Part shown: piece by piece, positions 33,936-46,414 of the stretch
How positions within the stretch are numbered: position 1 is the stretch's first letter
Layout of the letters: each line of letters begins with the position of its first letter
NCBI RefSeq assembly: GCF_027921745.1
Contig: NC_079239.1
Location: forward strand, 248,001-312,000
DNA from: Schizosaccharomyces osmophilus
Lineage: Eukaryota
DNA length: 64,000 nucleotides
Direction of reading: 5' to 3'
Notes under the pieces: generated by a model
Databases searched by the model: none
Told to the model about the DNA's origin: nothing
What the model saw: the letters and a program-made list of their open reading frames with translations, nothing else
Translations under genes and position numbers: made by a program

Positions 33936-36599
33936 TTAAACACCTTTCCAAGTGGCATAAACCACCCACCTTCCAATTTTTTCAGCTAATATTAAAGCTC
34001 GGTATTCTCCAGTTTCATTAATGGCTGATGAAAGAACGGAACGGGTGATGCGATCATTTGAAAATTCTTCATGCAACCGTAGAATGCTACCGGTCGGCGT
34101 TTGAATTGCTAACTTAGTTGTAAGGATTTCTGTTTCGCTGGAAGAGTAAGCAGTGATACAAAAGTCATACTTAACTCCAGCGCGTAGTATACCGCACTGA
34201 GGAGAAGAAATATATAAATCAACATTCGGGCATTGGGGTATAGGATATCGACTTAAAAACTCAAATGCTTTGTTCTTTCCATGGTGAGCAAAAGGAATGG
34301 ATACAGCCATCGGATGAGGTACTGTCTTGGCTGGACTAGCCACTCCAGTACGGCCGGCGTATATTCGTAACACAGCTAATTTACTATTCAAAGGCATCAT
34401 TGCTTTAATTCTGACTACTCGCAAATTCTTCTTTTCCAAGAAAGTTTGAACTAAGACGTGCTTGTGAGATTTAGAAAAATCTGGTGCAGAGGGCGGTGAA
34501 CTAAAGTTATCGACCTCAGCAACACACTCAATTTCCTTTGGAGCCTCTACATCAATCTGCAAGAATTGGTAATCAGAAAGATGAAGGATGCTGGATTCAT
34601 AACTGCGAAGACGCAAACCTGAGTCGAAATATACAGATGAAACCCATGGTAAAGCCATAACAATTGGCATCGGCAAGTCCGGCATTATGAACTGCTGATC
34701 CGGATTCTCAGGAACATGTGTATATAGGCATTCATTGGGTTTCATTAAAAAATAAAAATTATTGGCAACCGAAGATTTTAAAACCTGCTGTGGATGTGTG
34801 GGGCTCGCAAAACTGGCATCCAGTAGGCGGACTTCATCATTGAATGTAACGACATTCCAAGCATGGTTCACTTTAATATCTCTAGTATAGTAAATGTCGT
34901 CTGGCGATTTGAGATATCCTTCAATGACTTCACACCATATATCCAAGCCTTGTAGCATTTCCTTTACTAGTAACGCAACTTCAAGTGGAGTTCCCTTTCC
35001 AGACAGATAGACATCTCGAGCCGAGCGAAACGATTTTCCATTTGCAGAGTGATCGACATACGAGACGTGTTCCGAGACATAAATATAAACAGCTCTCATT
35101 TGCTGTAAAGGGGATTCGATTCCTTTTACTAGATAATTTCTAACGAAATCTCTAAGATCTAGGTTTATCTTCGGGGAATTGAAAAAACGAGTCTTTTTAT
35201 CAACTGCTCCAAAATTCATTCTATGTACATCCATGCCAACTGAAAATTCTACGGGCTCACCGTCAGCCAATACGTTTCCAAGAGTGTTCTCAAGCTCTTC
35301 CAGTGGCTTATAAACAGGCATAGAAAGATTATCGAAAGTCTCCTGTCGTTTTTTGTTGAGATCCGACTGTGTATAAGTTGTTGTTCGGCGTAAATCTTCC
35401 TTGACGGAAGCCATCGTTTGCGGAGATGCTGGACGAACAGTTCTCTGGTGAACAGATGATGGTGAGGCGGTCGAAGTGGCCATGCTGGACTGGGATGGAT
35501 AAGAGCTAAATGGAATCCGTTTAGTAGATGAGCTTCGGCTTAGGATCTTTTTAAACGTTTTCTTAAAGAATCCGGAACTTTTCTTGCGGAACGATTGAGC
35601 GGTAGAAGGCCGCTGTACATCCAAGTGAGGATTCGTAAGTTGGGAAGCATTCGTTTGAGGGACCAGTGTGGAGATGGGTCTCAAAATCGGCGTCGGAGTA
35701 CTCTGAAATCTGCGATGAAAAGGACCACGGTTACTTAATGATGGTGGTGTTTCAGGCGCCAAACTGTCTGTTTGTTTTATATCGGAAATGGAAGAGGCTG
35801 GGGGTTGTAAATGCTTTACCTTTCCATGTGCTGATGGTGACGGCAATGACTTGAACATTGGATTGAAATCTTGATCAGTGTTTAAAGGCATTTGCCCGGA
35901 TACAGGGGTTGCCGAGCGGATTGTGCTTTTACCTCCCATTGCATTAAGTGACTCGAGTACATTTTCCATGGCACTCCGAATAGGGGAAGGACTTGTTCGA
36001 GTACTATCTTTTGCATTTCCGGACCGTTTTGATCGACCAGATTCCGATTCGCGACTGTGTACCGAGCTGGCTCGGCTTCTTCTAGAGAATACAGATGATG
36101 GTCGGGACAACGTCTTTAAAAAAGAGCCATGTTGCTCTTTTTTTGGACTTAAGCCACTATCTTTTCGCTTTTGAAAAAAAAGCGGACTAGTCCCTCTCAA
36201 ATTCTTGGCCGGAAGTTCAGGTCCAGAAGAAGTAAGAGGAGATCCCGAATCTTCTGCTGATATACGAGAGCTTAAGCTACTTCGCCTTGAGATAGAGCTA
36301 TTGGGTCTTGATGTGGATATATTAAGGACTTGCACAAAGTTGCTGGGAAAAATTCCTTGGGTATTTGTATTAATGTGCCTTCCGATCCACCATTTTCCAT
36401 CACCGAGGCTTTGGCACTCAATTAGTTCTCCATTTTCAAAAGATAAATCTCCTAAAATTTATTAGTACTACGATTCTGCTTGCGGACAAGGATCTGGAAA
36501 GGATTTCATGGTTCCTGTTAAATTCAACGTACCTTCGCGTTCCCCAGGCCATGCATAAAGAGCACGAACCATACAGGGAAGTTGCTTAGGAACAGACAT
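33936..36599 (-). CDS. cyk3: Cytokinesis protein with SH3 and transglutaminase-like domain; exons 36599-36533, 36451-33936
   Basis: MSVPKQLPCMVRALYAWPGEREG/DLSFENGELIEC...WWIG...GIFPSNFV (SH3); CEVIEGYLK, NHAWNVV, LLDAS (TGc-like). Confidence 0.92.
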
Positions 36600-37350
36600 C
36601 CCTTTTGAGCTAAATAAACGCTTCCAATTCGACTTCGTTGGGTATATGTGGATAGCTTGCGGAAGCACCAAATTCCAAAGGTGTTGTTATGGTGGGATTA
36701 AGTTATATTATACTTTCTGTAGCGAGCTTGAAGATTTTATTCTTTTTCTATGGGAAAGAATTCGTAATTGAAATAGATTCTCTATTCTTGTTACATATAT
36801 AAAAGAGAAGAAGAGGCTGGCTTGTTTATGTCTCCCCCAAAAACGCTTTGCAACCAACTCTTTTTCAGGGATCGATCTAAGCGTTTAAGCAAGTGTCTTG
36901 GCTCATCAAGGTCATACCTTCAATTTTCTTATAGGAAAGGTTCGAAAGAACTGCTGTATAAATGGTGAAAAGAAGCTGTGAAATACTCGATTTTTGTTTG
37001 CTTTCTTATTCCTTACAGTGATCAAGCATAGCTTGTTTATGAGCGTCGCTTAGATAACTTTGATATCTTGCTGAGATCGGTTCTCGATGCTTAAACTTCA
37101 GTAGTAATTCTTCCTTTCCCAACTACTACCGCTTATATTCTTCAATTTGTTAGAAACACGTACTTTTAATCTAAAAAGAATTCCTTTTGTGATTCATTTA
37201 AAGTGTTAGGTGTTCTCGTTCCTTTATGGACTATTCATGAAGGTTGAAAACTGAGTTTGAATCTTCTCGCATTGCAACGGTTTACGGCTTGTGTGAAATT
37301 CTGCAAACTGCTCTATTGCTTTACTATTGAAAACTGGTTATGGACTGTCT

Positions 37351-38412
37351 ATGGATGATCTGATAGCTTCTTTTGCGGCAGGTAGCCACAGCCAAAGAGA
37401 CAACGTTTGGTCTGATATTACTCCTTTTCCTACGGCTTCAGCTACCGAGGATGTAATTTCAGAGGTTGCTGCTTCTGAAATCTATAGTTGGAAAGATAAT
37501 GCTGTTCAGTTAGATCCTTTTGATCTTGGCGATCTAACTATCCAATTGGACGATCTTTATGGTCGTCAAAACCCACCAAAAAGAATATCCCTGGCTTCCA
37601 AGAGCTATGTTGGAATCACCTCTACTTCTGATTCTGTTTTTCATAGGTTATTGCGACTAGATACTCCTCAGCATGGCCTACCCGAGCTCAGACATGGTTC
37701 TATTAATAAATTGCTTCGTGAACATATGTCCTTTTGGAGCCAAGAGAGGACAAACGTTCATCGAAAAAGTGGTGCAGTCTTCTGCTGGTCTACTTCCTAC
37801 AAGAAAGAAAAATCAAAAGACCGTATTCTTCTTAGCAGTCCACCCTCTAAGTCCTCCGGTTCAAAGTCTCCCCGAAACACTGTTTTATTGTCGCCAAATA
37901 TAACGCAGTCTCCCGTCAGAAAAAGTGAAGCTCCATCTAAGCCTTCTTTGGGTAACAAGGAATTGCTGACGAACAATCCACCGTTGTCAAAGGACCGTCA
38001 ACTAACATTGGTGCATTCGTCTTCAAAAAATGAGAATGTCCCTCTTTCTGACACTTCCTCGCCCATTTCTGATGAAAAGATGAAAACCATACAACCAAAG
38101 AACGTTGAAGTTTCTAAAGGACGCTCCGTGTTAAGTACCCCCGAGGTGGAAGCGCCGGAGCTCCAAGACAGAAATCAATCAGTTCCTGAGAATATGGAAA
38201 TGTCACCTTTAAAATCAAATCCAGCACTATTAATGAAAAATAGCACCACAAGAAAAAGCTCAGATAGAACAGATGAAAGGAATTCCATGCCTTCGACGGA
38301 ATGGGGTGATTGGATGAGTGCAAAAACCGATTCATCATCAAGAAATTTCGATAGTCGGCAGAGCGATTTATTAATTCTTTCATCTCGTAGTGGATCGGAA
38401 AGAGAAAGGTAA
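37351..38412 (+). CDS. Schizosaccharomyces-specific Ser-rich protein (SPAC9G1.07 position)
   Basis: 353-aa ORF from first ATG (MDDLIASF); mostly low complexity, EWGDW motif; identified by synteny only. Confidence 0.7.
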   Translation: MDDLIASFAAGSHSQRDNVWSDITPFPTASATEDVISEVAASEIYSWKDNAVQLDPFDLGDLTIQLDDLYGRQNPPKRISLASKSYVGITSTSDSVFHRLLRLDTPQHGLPELRHGSINKLLREHMSFWSQERTNVHRKSGAVFCWSTSYKKEKSKDRILLSSPPSKSSGSKSPRNTVLLSPNITQSPVRKSEAPSKPSLGNKELLTNNPPLSKDRQLTLVHSSSKNENVPLSDTSSPISDEKMKTIQPKNVEVSKGRSVLSTPEVEAPELQDRNQSVPENMEMSPLKSNPALLMKNSTTRKSSDRTDERNSMPSTEWGDWMSAKTDSSSRNFDSRQSDLLILSSRSGSERER

Positions 38413-38623
38413 TTTGTCTAAAGACACCTCTGAGCATGCACCGTCATTAGTGTAGCTTTTCTTTTTCGAGTCATCAAGTTGACGGTGACAGTTGTAACTT
38501 TTCATATTTTATCGTGAGCTTTAGTTTAGGTTATGCTAAACTAAAAAATAATAAATAGCTACATTTGTTGTCTCTAACTTCGCTTTTAGACATTCAAAAA
38601 CACTACTCTCATGTTCTTTATTT

Positions 38624-39343
38624 CTATGACAATTGTATAGCGTTTTCGTATAGCTTATTGTGCACATATAGTTTTTTGCTGATCGCTTCTACGAAAATAA
38701 ACCATTCATTGGGAGAAGAAGGCATGTCTGTTTTTTCATCTCTGTTCCAGCATATCATTTGTACAGACCGGAAGGTTTTCTTCAGCCGGCCTTCTTCATA
38801 GTCATCAATACTCCTATTTTTACGTTTCTCAAAGAAATACACAGAAGTAAGAAAGGGGGTTGAGGGTAATGTCATAGCTAACGGTAGTTTTCCGCCAAAA
38901 GAAAAAACACCACCGAATTGATATATTGAGGCCAGCTGCGACGCGCAATACAAAGCTGCCATACCACCTTGTCCAAAACCAAAAAAGAAAATGCGCGTTG
39001 AAAGTATTCCCTGATCAATGATGCGCTTGATTAATTCCCTAAGAACTGAAAGGCATTTTGAAAAGTCTGCTTCAGACTCTAAATCCCCGTTCGTATCAAA
39101 ATGAACATCTTCTCCCCACATCCAATTGCCCACTGGTGTACCATAATCAAGAGGAAGCTTATACACTCCTCGTAAAGAAATATACGATGTATTCGGTAAA
39201 GGGATATTCTTTGCAGCATGTGCAAAACTGTGTTCTGAGTCTCCTAATCCATGCATCATGATAATTACATTAAATGTCTGCTCCTTTGCAGCAATAACTT
39301 GACCATGAGCATTCGAAGGCAAACAATTTTTAAGGAACGACAT
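38624..39343 (-). CDS. Phospholipase/carboxylesterase (acyl-protein thioesterase-like) alpha/beta-hydrolase, nucleophile Ser replaced by Gly (SPAC9G1.08c orthologue)
   Basis: IIMMHGLGDS oxyanion motif; RIFFFGFGQGG where GFSQGG is expected; FGGVFSFGGKLP. Confidence 0.85.
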   Translation of the reverse strand: MSFLKNCLPSNAHGQVIAAKEQTFNVIIMMHGLGDSEHSFAHAAKNIPLPNTSYISLRGVYKLPLDYGTPVGNWMWGEDVHFDTNGDLESEADFSKCLSVLRELIKRIIDQGILSTRIFFFGFGQGGMAALYCASQLASIYQFGGVFSFGGKLPLAMTLPSTPFLTSVYFFEKRKNRSIDDYEEGRLKKTFRSVQMICWNRDEKTDMPSSPNEWFIFVEAISKKLYVHNKLYENAIQLS

Positions 39344-39443
39344 ATTCCAAAACCTGATAAAGTGATGTTTGGACAAAATTTCACAAAGACAAGAAGCTTC
39401 TTATGCTAAAATTTCGTACTTTCTAAGAATCAAGAAGATAAAC

Positions 39444-39641
39444 CTAAGTATCGCTTTCAGGCTCGTCTTGGTGAGCTAATGCGATTTCACGAATAATTTG
39501 AGCAACCGCTTCAGGATGTATATTGTTCTCGCATAGGCTTACACAAAGAGAAAGTGCTGTTTTGTCTAACTCTACGCCAAGTAAAGTTCCTATTTCGTGC
39601 AAGATATCTATGGTTTCCTTGGCTGAATCTGCTGAGGACAT
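39444..39641 (-). CDS. mzt1: MOZART1 gamma-tubulin complex microprotein
   Basis: 65 aa, ETIDILHEIGTLLGVELDKTALSLCVSLCENNIHPEAVAQII, matches the MOZART1 pattern. Confidence 0.93.
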   Translation of the reverse strand: MSSADSAKETIDILHEIGTLLGVELDKTALSLCVSLCENNIHPEAVAQIIREIALAHQDEPESDT

Positions 39642-39938
39642 GAAAAGGATCAACAATAAGAAAAAGGATTCCTTTTTCTTAGCACAATTATAACTTATAG
39701 AGTCGTAATTGTTCACTTCTAAAAAGCCGTCGTTTCCTTAGTCGCACGGTGTTTTCGGCATGGTGTAGTAAAGTGGGTATAGGCCTCAAATATATATTTA
39801 CTTCCTCAATTAGTACCTCAATCTCGTTTTTAAAAAGGAATGATAATTTTTATTTGACGGCTATTTATTATAAGATAAATACTTAAACGCGGTTTTTTTA
39901 TTCGCTTGTTCTAGCTCTTTTTTCCATAAAAGAATGCC

Positions 39939-41568
39939 ATGTTTCCGCTTTCAGCTCAATCGTATCTTTTGAAAGAAAAAATTGGTTCGGGATCTTTTGG
40001 CATTGTCTGGAGGGCAATTGAAAAATCTTCTGGTGCTATTTTGGCAGTCAAGCAGGTAAGTTGAGATTTAAAAATTCACATAACGGATCATCACGAGCAT
40101 GATTCTGTACGATGTATGGAATCTTCATTGCAAATATTTAAAGAAATCATCTAAAAATTGCCAGGAGCTCTTTAAAAATCCCTTACGATTGAATTTCTTG
40201 ATCATTAGAATATTGAGATTTCTAATTGAAACATAGATTGATTTGGAAGCGTCTGTGGATGATATAACTGAAATTGAACAAGAAGTTCTTATGCTCTCCA
40301 ATTGTAGTCATCCTAATGTTATCAATTATTACGGATGCTTCGTCCAAGGACATGTTCTTTGGATTCTCATGGAACATATGGATGGAGGTTCTGTTTCTGG
40401 GCTTTTGAAAAAGCAAGGCTTAGAAGAAGAAACGATCTCAATAATTTTACGGGAAACGCTGAAAGGTTTGACTTATTTGCACAACCAAAATAAGATTCAC
40501 AGAGATATAAAAGCGGCCAATATACTCTTGTCTTCTACAACTGGTGAAGTCAAACTTGCTGATTTTGGCGTTGCTGCCCAACTATCAAATGCCGCTTCCA
40601 GGCGATATACCTTCGTAGGGACCCCTTTTTGGATGGCCCCAGAAGTCATACAACAAACCAGCTATGGAACAGCGGCAGATATTTGGTCTTTAGGAATCAC
40701 GGCTATAGAGATGGCAGAAGCAGCTCCTCCCAGAGCAACAATGCATCCTATGCGTGTTATATTCGAGATTCCACAGTCAGAGCCACCAAAGCTTTCTTCT
40801 AATTACAGTCTGGAATTTCGAGATTTTGTGTCTCGTTGTTTAAAGCTTCATCCTGCTTCTCGTCGCTCCTCATCTTCTCTACTAGACCATCCCTTTATTA
40901 AAGGCTCCGGGAAAATTGAGCTCCTGGTTCCCTTACTTTTGGACAGCAAAATCTATTCTGATATACAGCAAAATCCCGAAGATGATCTTGATCCAGGCAC
41001 TAATAATACTATAAAAATTCCAGACTCTACATCACATCTGAACAATAATACCATAGATGATGATTGGAATTTTGAAGATACAGTTCGCATCGCTTCTCCG
41101 AATGATACAAAAAAGAATCACTCCATCGAAACGGCAAAACCACAAAAGGCTCAGACTCCTAATTCTAATTTAGACTTTTGTTTTTCATCCATGCAATCCA
41201 ATGAAGCTGATGTTACTAGAAGGCCCACAAATTACTCCCTCAAAGAAAACTCCTGTGGTACAACTCATTTCTCTAAACCTTCTCGTCCGCAAAATCTAGC
41301 AATTACGTGTTTTGACTCAATAGTTTCTGCAATTCTTTCGGATCCAAATTTGTCTGCGGATGAAAAGTCCTCTCTGAAGTTGCTAAGTTCCACTTTCAAC
41401 TCATTAGATGAAAATACGTCTTCTCGTTTAATGAAAAGTCTTATGTTTGACAGCAAGCTAAATCCAAGAAAAAAGAAACGAGGACCTATTGCTCAACTGC
41501 TATTTTCTCGATGGCTCGAAGAAACTGATAAACGTAGAAGTTCAAGTTATTCTTTTTCACCCGACTGA
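39939..41568 (+). CDS. sid1: GCK-family SIN kinase; exons 39939-40055, 40237-41568
   Basis: [52 protein letters not shown]-terminal GPIAQLLFSRWLEE; 181-nt intron GTAAGT..CTAAT..TAG. Confidence 0.93.
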
Positions 41569-41811
41569 TGCAACGTACTTTAGATGATTGAAAGCATAAT
41601 TTATTCATATTATATATTAGTAAATACATGTAAAAGTAGCATATATAGTAACGAAAGTTAAAACATTACTGAATGTTTCGTATAGCGTCTTGTACATTCC
41701 ACTGAAATTCTATTAGCACACGTTCAGCCTTTTCACGATCTAAAGACGCGTGCACCATTACGTATTGTAATCTGGTAATAGTTAGCACAAGCACAAAAAA
41801 AAAATAATCAC

Positions 41812-44800
41812 TTACTTAGCTTCCCGCTTGACGGAATCAGCATAATCCAGCCACTTCTTTTTGATAATATCCCAAGTTGAAGCTTGTTCCTGTGCGTTTA
41901 CAAGCTTTACTTTTGCATGAAGTAATGCCGATACAGGACGATGATCAGAAGCACGGACCTCGTGTCGTCTATAATTCTCAGCATATACATAATCCATGTC
42001 ACCCCGAAAGCAGATACGATCGCACCAAGCTGGAACCCTCTTCTTTTCACTAGAATCATATTGATCGCTGTTAACATCATATTTGTATGTTGGAGCAAAC
42101 GCTATTTCAGGCTCACTGAAGGTTCGTAACCTAAAGCCAGCGTTGCGTTTCCTTTCTTGTGTTAATTGATCACTTTCCAAGAGCGTTTTTATATCGTTTT
42201 TGGAAAGTAAATTGTTAACTTTGGGTCTTAAAAGATTGATTCGATAGTTGAGATCGCCATGCAATATACAAACCTCATGATCCAATATCTGAGAACCATC
42301 ACCACCTGCTTCATAACTGTTCAGCTGATCCATCTCATCGCTGTCTGGTGTCAATGCCGCAGAGTCTAATATTGTTGCCAGATCATTATTCCTTGCTGCC
42401 TTGCTGGTCTGGCCAGCAGCTAAATGACAGTTCACAATGCAGAATGAAGTATCATCAATAAGAAAACGAATGACTATAGCACCTTTGTTTCCATGTAATC
42501 CACCTAATCCGGTTTTGACTGTCGTGGTTTGTAGCATTCGTATCTTGCTTTGCAATGCACTTTTTACAAAGATGCAAGAGAAAAGGCCGACCAAATTTTC
42601 ACAGACCAAAACCTGGTACTCACTCTTTGGATCACTTCGTGCCATTTCAGACTCCAGCTTTTCACGCCATAAACGATACTGCCTGGAAATGTTGTCACTA
42701 CTTGAAGCATTATTTTTAGTACTGGATGAAAGCAAAGTTTTGGCGGTCAATTTTTTATTTTCAAGATCAACCAGTTCTTGAAAGCCGAAGACCACTATGT
42801 CTGGGTATCCATTTTCTTTGAGTAAGGCCTTTATAAAATCAGGTCCAGCATCCTGGCTTCTGAAATCCGACGGTTTGGAAGCGCCAGCATTCCAGGAACA
42901 GACCAACGCGCTGATGTTATCAAACGAGCTATATTTCGGAAAGAACTTTCTCATTTCCGTAGATAGCCAGTCGCCCATCATTAATCCATCCCAAAACTTC
43001 ACAACTGGAGAACAAAGACTAACCACTTGTAACCGTTTAGCCTTCCAGATGCTATTTATGTCTATACCTAAAATAGTGTTTGCACCGCTTTGACTAACTT
43101 TATGAGCATGCCATGTCTTTTTTAAACGCCAAGGGCTGACAGAAGCATCAAAGACATAAATCATTCCAGTAGTATAAGCCGCCCAAATAGTATTACCGAC
43201 ACCAACCAAAGAACTTATACGATAAAAGGAGCTACTCGTCACAAGTTCCACAAATCGATATTGTGTTTTTGAATATATTGAAATTTTACCATCAACATGG
43301 CCGTAAAAAACAAGATCGGGGAAATTAGGTATAGCTGTACCGCAAGATATATCGCCGATAAGTCCTGGAGGTGTCATTGGTTTTGGAAGAACAGACGGAC
43401 GTTCGCTATTATTAGGGTCATATACATAAATAGACTTGCCAACTACAACCCATAACAAGTTATCATCTAGTACCATGGCATGTGAAGCATGGGGAACAAC
43501 ACGGACAGACTTCGGGTCTGACTGCACACTTAATCCCATAATCTTATCCTCTTTCCAAACAAAAAGTCGGCCTGATTCATCAAGCGTCCACACTTCATTT
43601 TTACATGTCAAGATATGAGAAATTGATGTATGAGGAGTACTTCTTTTGTTCACTATATGGTGATTCACAATATCCATCTCCCAAAGAGCACCATCGCGAG
43701 TACCAATCCAAACAAATCTCCCATCATCGGCCACCTTATCACCAGAAGGTTTGAAAGACATTGCAGTCACTTTAACGTCTCCCAAAGGCATATGCCAATT
43801 GCACAGACCCGTAATAGAATCATAAATGCGGAATGCGCCATTGCCAGCTACAACGAGGCACTCTCCGCTTACAGCGAAGACGCGTGCTTCGAAATCCAAG
43901 TTAACCGAATTGGCACCATTCATAAAAGTGGGTTGATTTCTACGGACGCATGATACATCCGGTAAAGTACCTTTCAAAATCGTATCTGATTGAGAAGCAG
44001 AAGGAGAACCAGAAGACATCGATGTGTCGTGAACGTCGCTCAGGCCAGAGGAAGAAGTAGGCCTTCGGCCAGAAGATAACGATCTTCCAAGTTGAGGAGA
44101 TACAAGGAAAGGAGGAGGAGATGCAGAAACACTTTCATTCGCCAAATTGTTCAGTGATATATCTGGAGCCATCTGGCTAGGTCGTGGAGGCAACTTTGGT
44201 TTTTCAGCAGATAACATAGGCTCAGATGAGGAAAAACTAATGTTTGACACCGGCGATGATACGGAGGAAATTCGTCTGCTTGGCAAGCCACTTGACAGTT
44301 CGTTTGAAGTCGACGTACTTATGTTATGAGATGTTTTCCGAGCAGGAGGCCTTGGCGGTCGCTGAGTAGTGCGACTTGGAAGGTGGTGAGCCATTGCAAT
44401 TCGCGACTGCTGCACAGCTTCTGCAGCGACAGACTTTGGGGGTCTCGGCGAAGGAACGGGAGGCTGAACATCAACATGTTGACTTTGTACTCGTGGTGGA
44501 ACGGATATGGGAATTGAAGAGGAATCTAGAGCTTCGGAATCATGTTTAAAGGGATTATCTTGTTGTTTGGAAGGAGAGGAAGTCTTTTCATTTAGAGGTT
44601 CATCTTCCTCTTCAGACGAGATTGTTGAGGATAATTCAGACCCCGATTCAGATTCTAAATCGCCTTCCGTTTCATTTTGTTCATCTACAGGTTTTTTTTC
44701 AGTATAGCTTGGACTTAATTCCGAGTTTAATTTTGCTGATGATGAAATTTCTCCCGTAAGGCTTTTTGGTTTCGTGGCACAATTAGGTCTAGGAAATGTC

Positions 44801-45297
44801 GTTAAATCATCGTAATCTCGTGAACCAAAAGAGCGTGAAGGTTTTTGAGGTAAAGGAGAAACGGAAATGAAAGAATTGGACGCAGTAGGCGAGGATGGCA
44901 CAAAAGCATCCGTATCAGAAGATTTTTCTTGCTTTTGAGAAAAGCCTTTTCGAACAGCTTCAAAGCTAGGTTTGTTTTTCAGTTTATTGTTCAAGCCTTC
45001 GTTTATCTCGGATTCTGATAACGAATTTGACACACTTGACTTTCCTTCCTCGGTGGATGTATTTCCTACAGAAGAAGAAGCAAGAGGAATCTGTACTCCT
45101 TGGTTTTTAGCATGAGCATTTTCCAAATTACTTGTATTCTGTTCTTGAGGATTCAAATACTTTTTTGATGGGGTATTTGTACTGATGCTTGCAACGTCGT
45201 TGGAGCTAAGAGATTCAAACTTTGACCGCAATGACAGAACCGATTGAGGAAATTCTGGTTCTTTTTGGTCGCTACTCGAGTCCTGCCGAGAGGCCAT
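41812..45297 (-). CDS. inp53: Inositol polyphosphate 5-phosphatase with Ser/Pro-rich N-terminus and WD-like central region (SPAC9G1.10c orthologue)
   Basis: SWNAGA, FGFQELV, GNKGA, NCHLAAG, GDLNYRI, PTYKY, PAWCDRI, SDHRPV 5-phosphatase motifs. Confidence 0.88.
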   Translation of the reverse strand: MASRQDSSSDQKEPEFPQSVLSLRSKFESLSSNDVASISTNTPSKKYLNPQEQNTSNLENAHAKNQGVQIPLASSSVGNTSTEEGKSSVSNSLSESEINEGLNNKLKNKPSFEAVRKGFSQKQEKSSDTDAFVPSSPTASNSFISVSPLPQKPSRSFGSRDYDDLTTFPRPNCATKPKSLTGEISSSAKLNSELSPSYTEKKPVDEQNETEGDLESESGSELSSTISSEEEDEPLNEKTSSPSKQQDNPFKHDSEALDSSSIPISVPPRVQSQHVDVQPPVPSPRPPKSVAAEAVQQSRIAMAHHLPSRTTQRPPRPPARKTSHNISTSTSNELSSGLPSRRISSVSSPVSNISFSSSEPMLSAEKPKLPPRPSQMAPDISLNNLANESVSASPPPFLVSPQLGRSLSSGRRPTSSSGLSDVHDTSMSSGSPSASQSDTILKGTLPDVSCVRRNQPTFMNGANSVNLDFEARVFAVSGECLVVAGNGAFRIYDSITGLCNWHMPLGDVKVTAMSFKPSGDKVADDGRFVWIGTRDGALWEMDIVNHHIVNKRSTPHTSISHILTCKNEVWTLDESGRLFVWKEDKIMGLSVQSDPKSVRVVPHASHAMVLDDNLLWVVVGKSIYVYDPNNSERPSVLPKPMTPPGLIGDISCGTAIPNFPDLVFYGHVDGKISIYSKTQYRFVELVTSSSFYRISSLVGVGNTIWAAYTTGMIYVFDASVSPWRLKKTWHAHKVSQSGANTILGIDINSIWKAKRLQVVSLCSPVVKFWDGLMMGDWLSTEMRKFFPKYSSFDNISALVCSWNAGASKPSDFRSQDAGPDFIKALLKENGYPDIVVFGFQELVDLENKKLTAKTLLSSSTKNNASSSDNISRQYRLWREKLESEMARSDPKSEYQVLVCENLVGLFSCIFVKSALQSKIRMLQTTTVKTGLGGLHGNKGAIVIRFLIDDTSFCIVNCHLAAGQTSKAARNNDLATILDSAALTPDSDEMDQLNSYEAGGDGSQILDHEVCILHGDLNYRINLLRPKVNNLLSKNDIKTLLESDQLTQERKRNAGFRLRTFSEPEIAFAPTYKYDVNSDQYDSSEKKRVPAWCDRICFRGDMDYVYAENYRRHEVRASDHRPVSALLHAKVKLVNAQEQASTWDIIKKKWLDYADSVKREAK

Positions 45298-46414
45298 AAT
45301 CCATGTTTACACTGTCAAATGTAAGAGTGTAATAAAAACTACCAAATCTCAAAAGTTTCCCTTTTTATGTATATATATAGTATTTCTAGGGTCAAACTTG
45401 GAAAAGCAACTATATAGTTCGAGTCCTCTTCGTAAAATTCACTCGAGTGTTGGAAGAAGGCAGAGTTCAGAAACTATGTGGGGCACAATTTAGTGTCTTG
45501 CTCAGTTTGGTCGTTTCATTCCAACAGTATTAATCGTTTATAAGGGAAATCTTATGATTGTAGATAAAATTAAATAAGGAAAGTTCAATATTTGCCGTTT
45601 ACACACAGTTTTGACTCCACAAAAAAAAAGACAATTTTATTTCTTTATGGAGCTAAAATAGACTGTAATTTTCAACTGGATTAACACATGTTAAGCAATT
45701 CATCAGTTAATTTCTTATTTTCATCTAAAAGAAGAATGAGAAACCTAGCAGAAAGCTGATGTTTCTTTAGACGTCTAGAATAACTAGTAAGCATTTAGTG
45801 CGGTTTCTTTTTGTAATACGTTTGATGACATGAACGGTTTATTTAACCTATTACATCTTTATTTATCATAATTATCTTTTTACATTAAAGGAGCAATAAT
45901 TTTGAGTTTATATAAACCGGTTTTTGACACGACAGTTTGATGTGGACATATACGTTGTACCTTTTCCAAAGTCTGTACCTAGTGGTAAAAAAAAGTCAAC
46001 GTAAAACTCTTAAGCAAAAAGATCTGTATCTCGTTTGTTATGTATCGGAATACATGACTTGAAAAAGATAGAAAAAAAAAACTCAAAAAGGGTACTGGAT
46101 TCATTGAAAATTAGATTAGCATACAACCCAAAACATAATCGCATGATCGAACCATAGAAGAGAAGGGAATAGCGTGGATCGTAAACTGCCGTTTTCATGT
46201 CTTCACCAAATTTGAGACTAGGAACCATGAATAAAAGAGAGTAGAAATTATAAAAAATATATATGAGGAAGCTTAATTAACCATGGAATAACAAATAAAA
46301 AAGGAAGGGGAACAATGTTTAAAACGATCACCTTGGTCGCCGGCAAAACGATTGAAAAAGGCATGGAAAAGTCATGGTATATATGCAGACGTATTTGTCG
46401 ATGGTCACGAGAAA

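Noticed and set aside
34830..35010. Cyk3 transglutaminase-like domain lacks the catalytic Cys
   Set aside because: This is an already established property of Cyk3 proteins, not new.
39642..39716. In-frame 25-codon extension upstream of mzt1
   Set aside because: It starts at GTG and is unlike MOZART1; the 65-aa product matches the family length.
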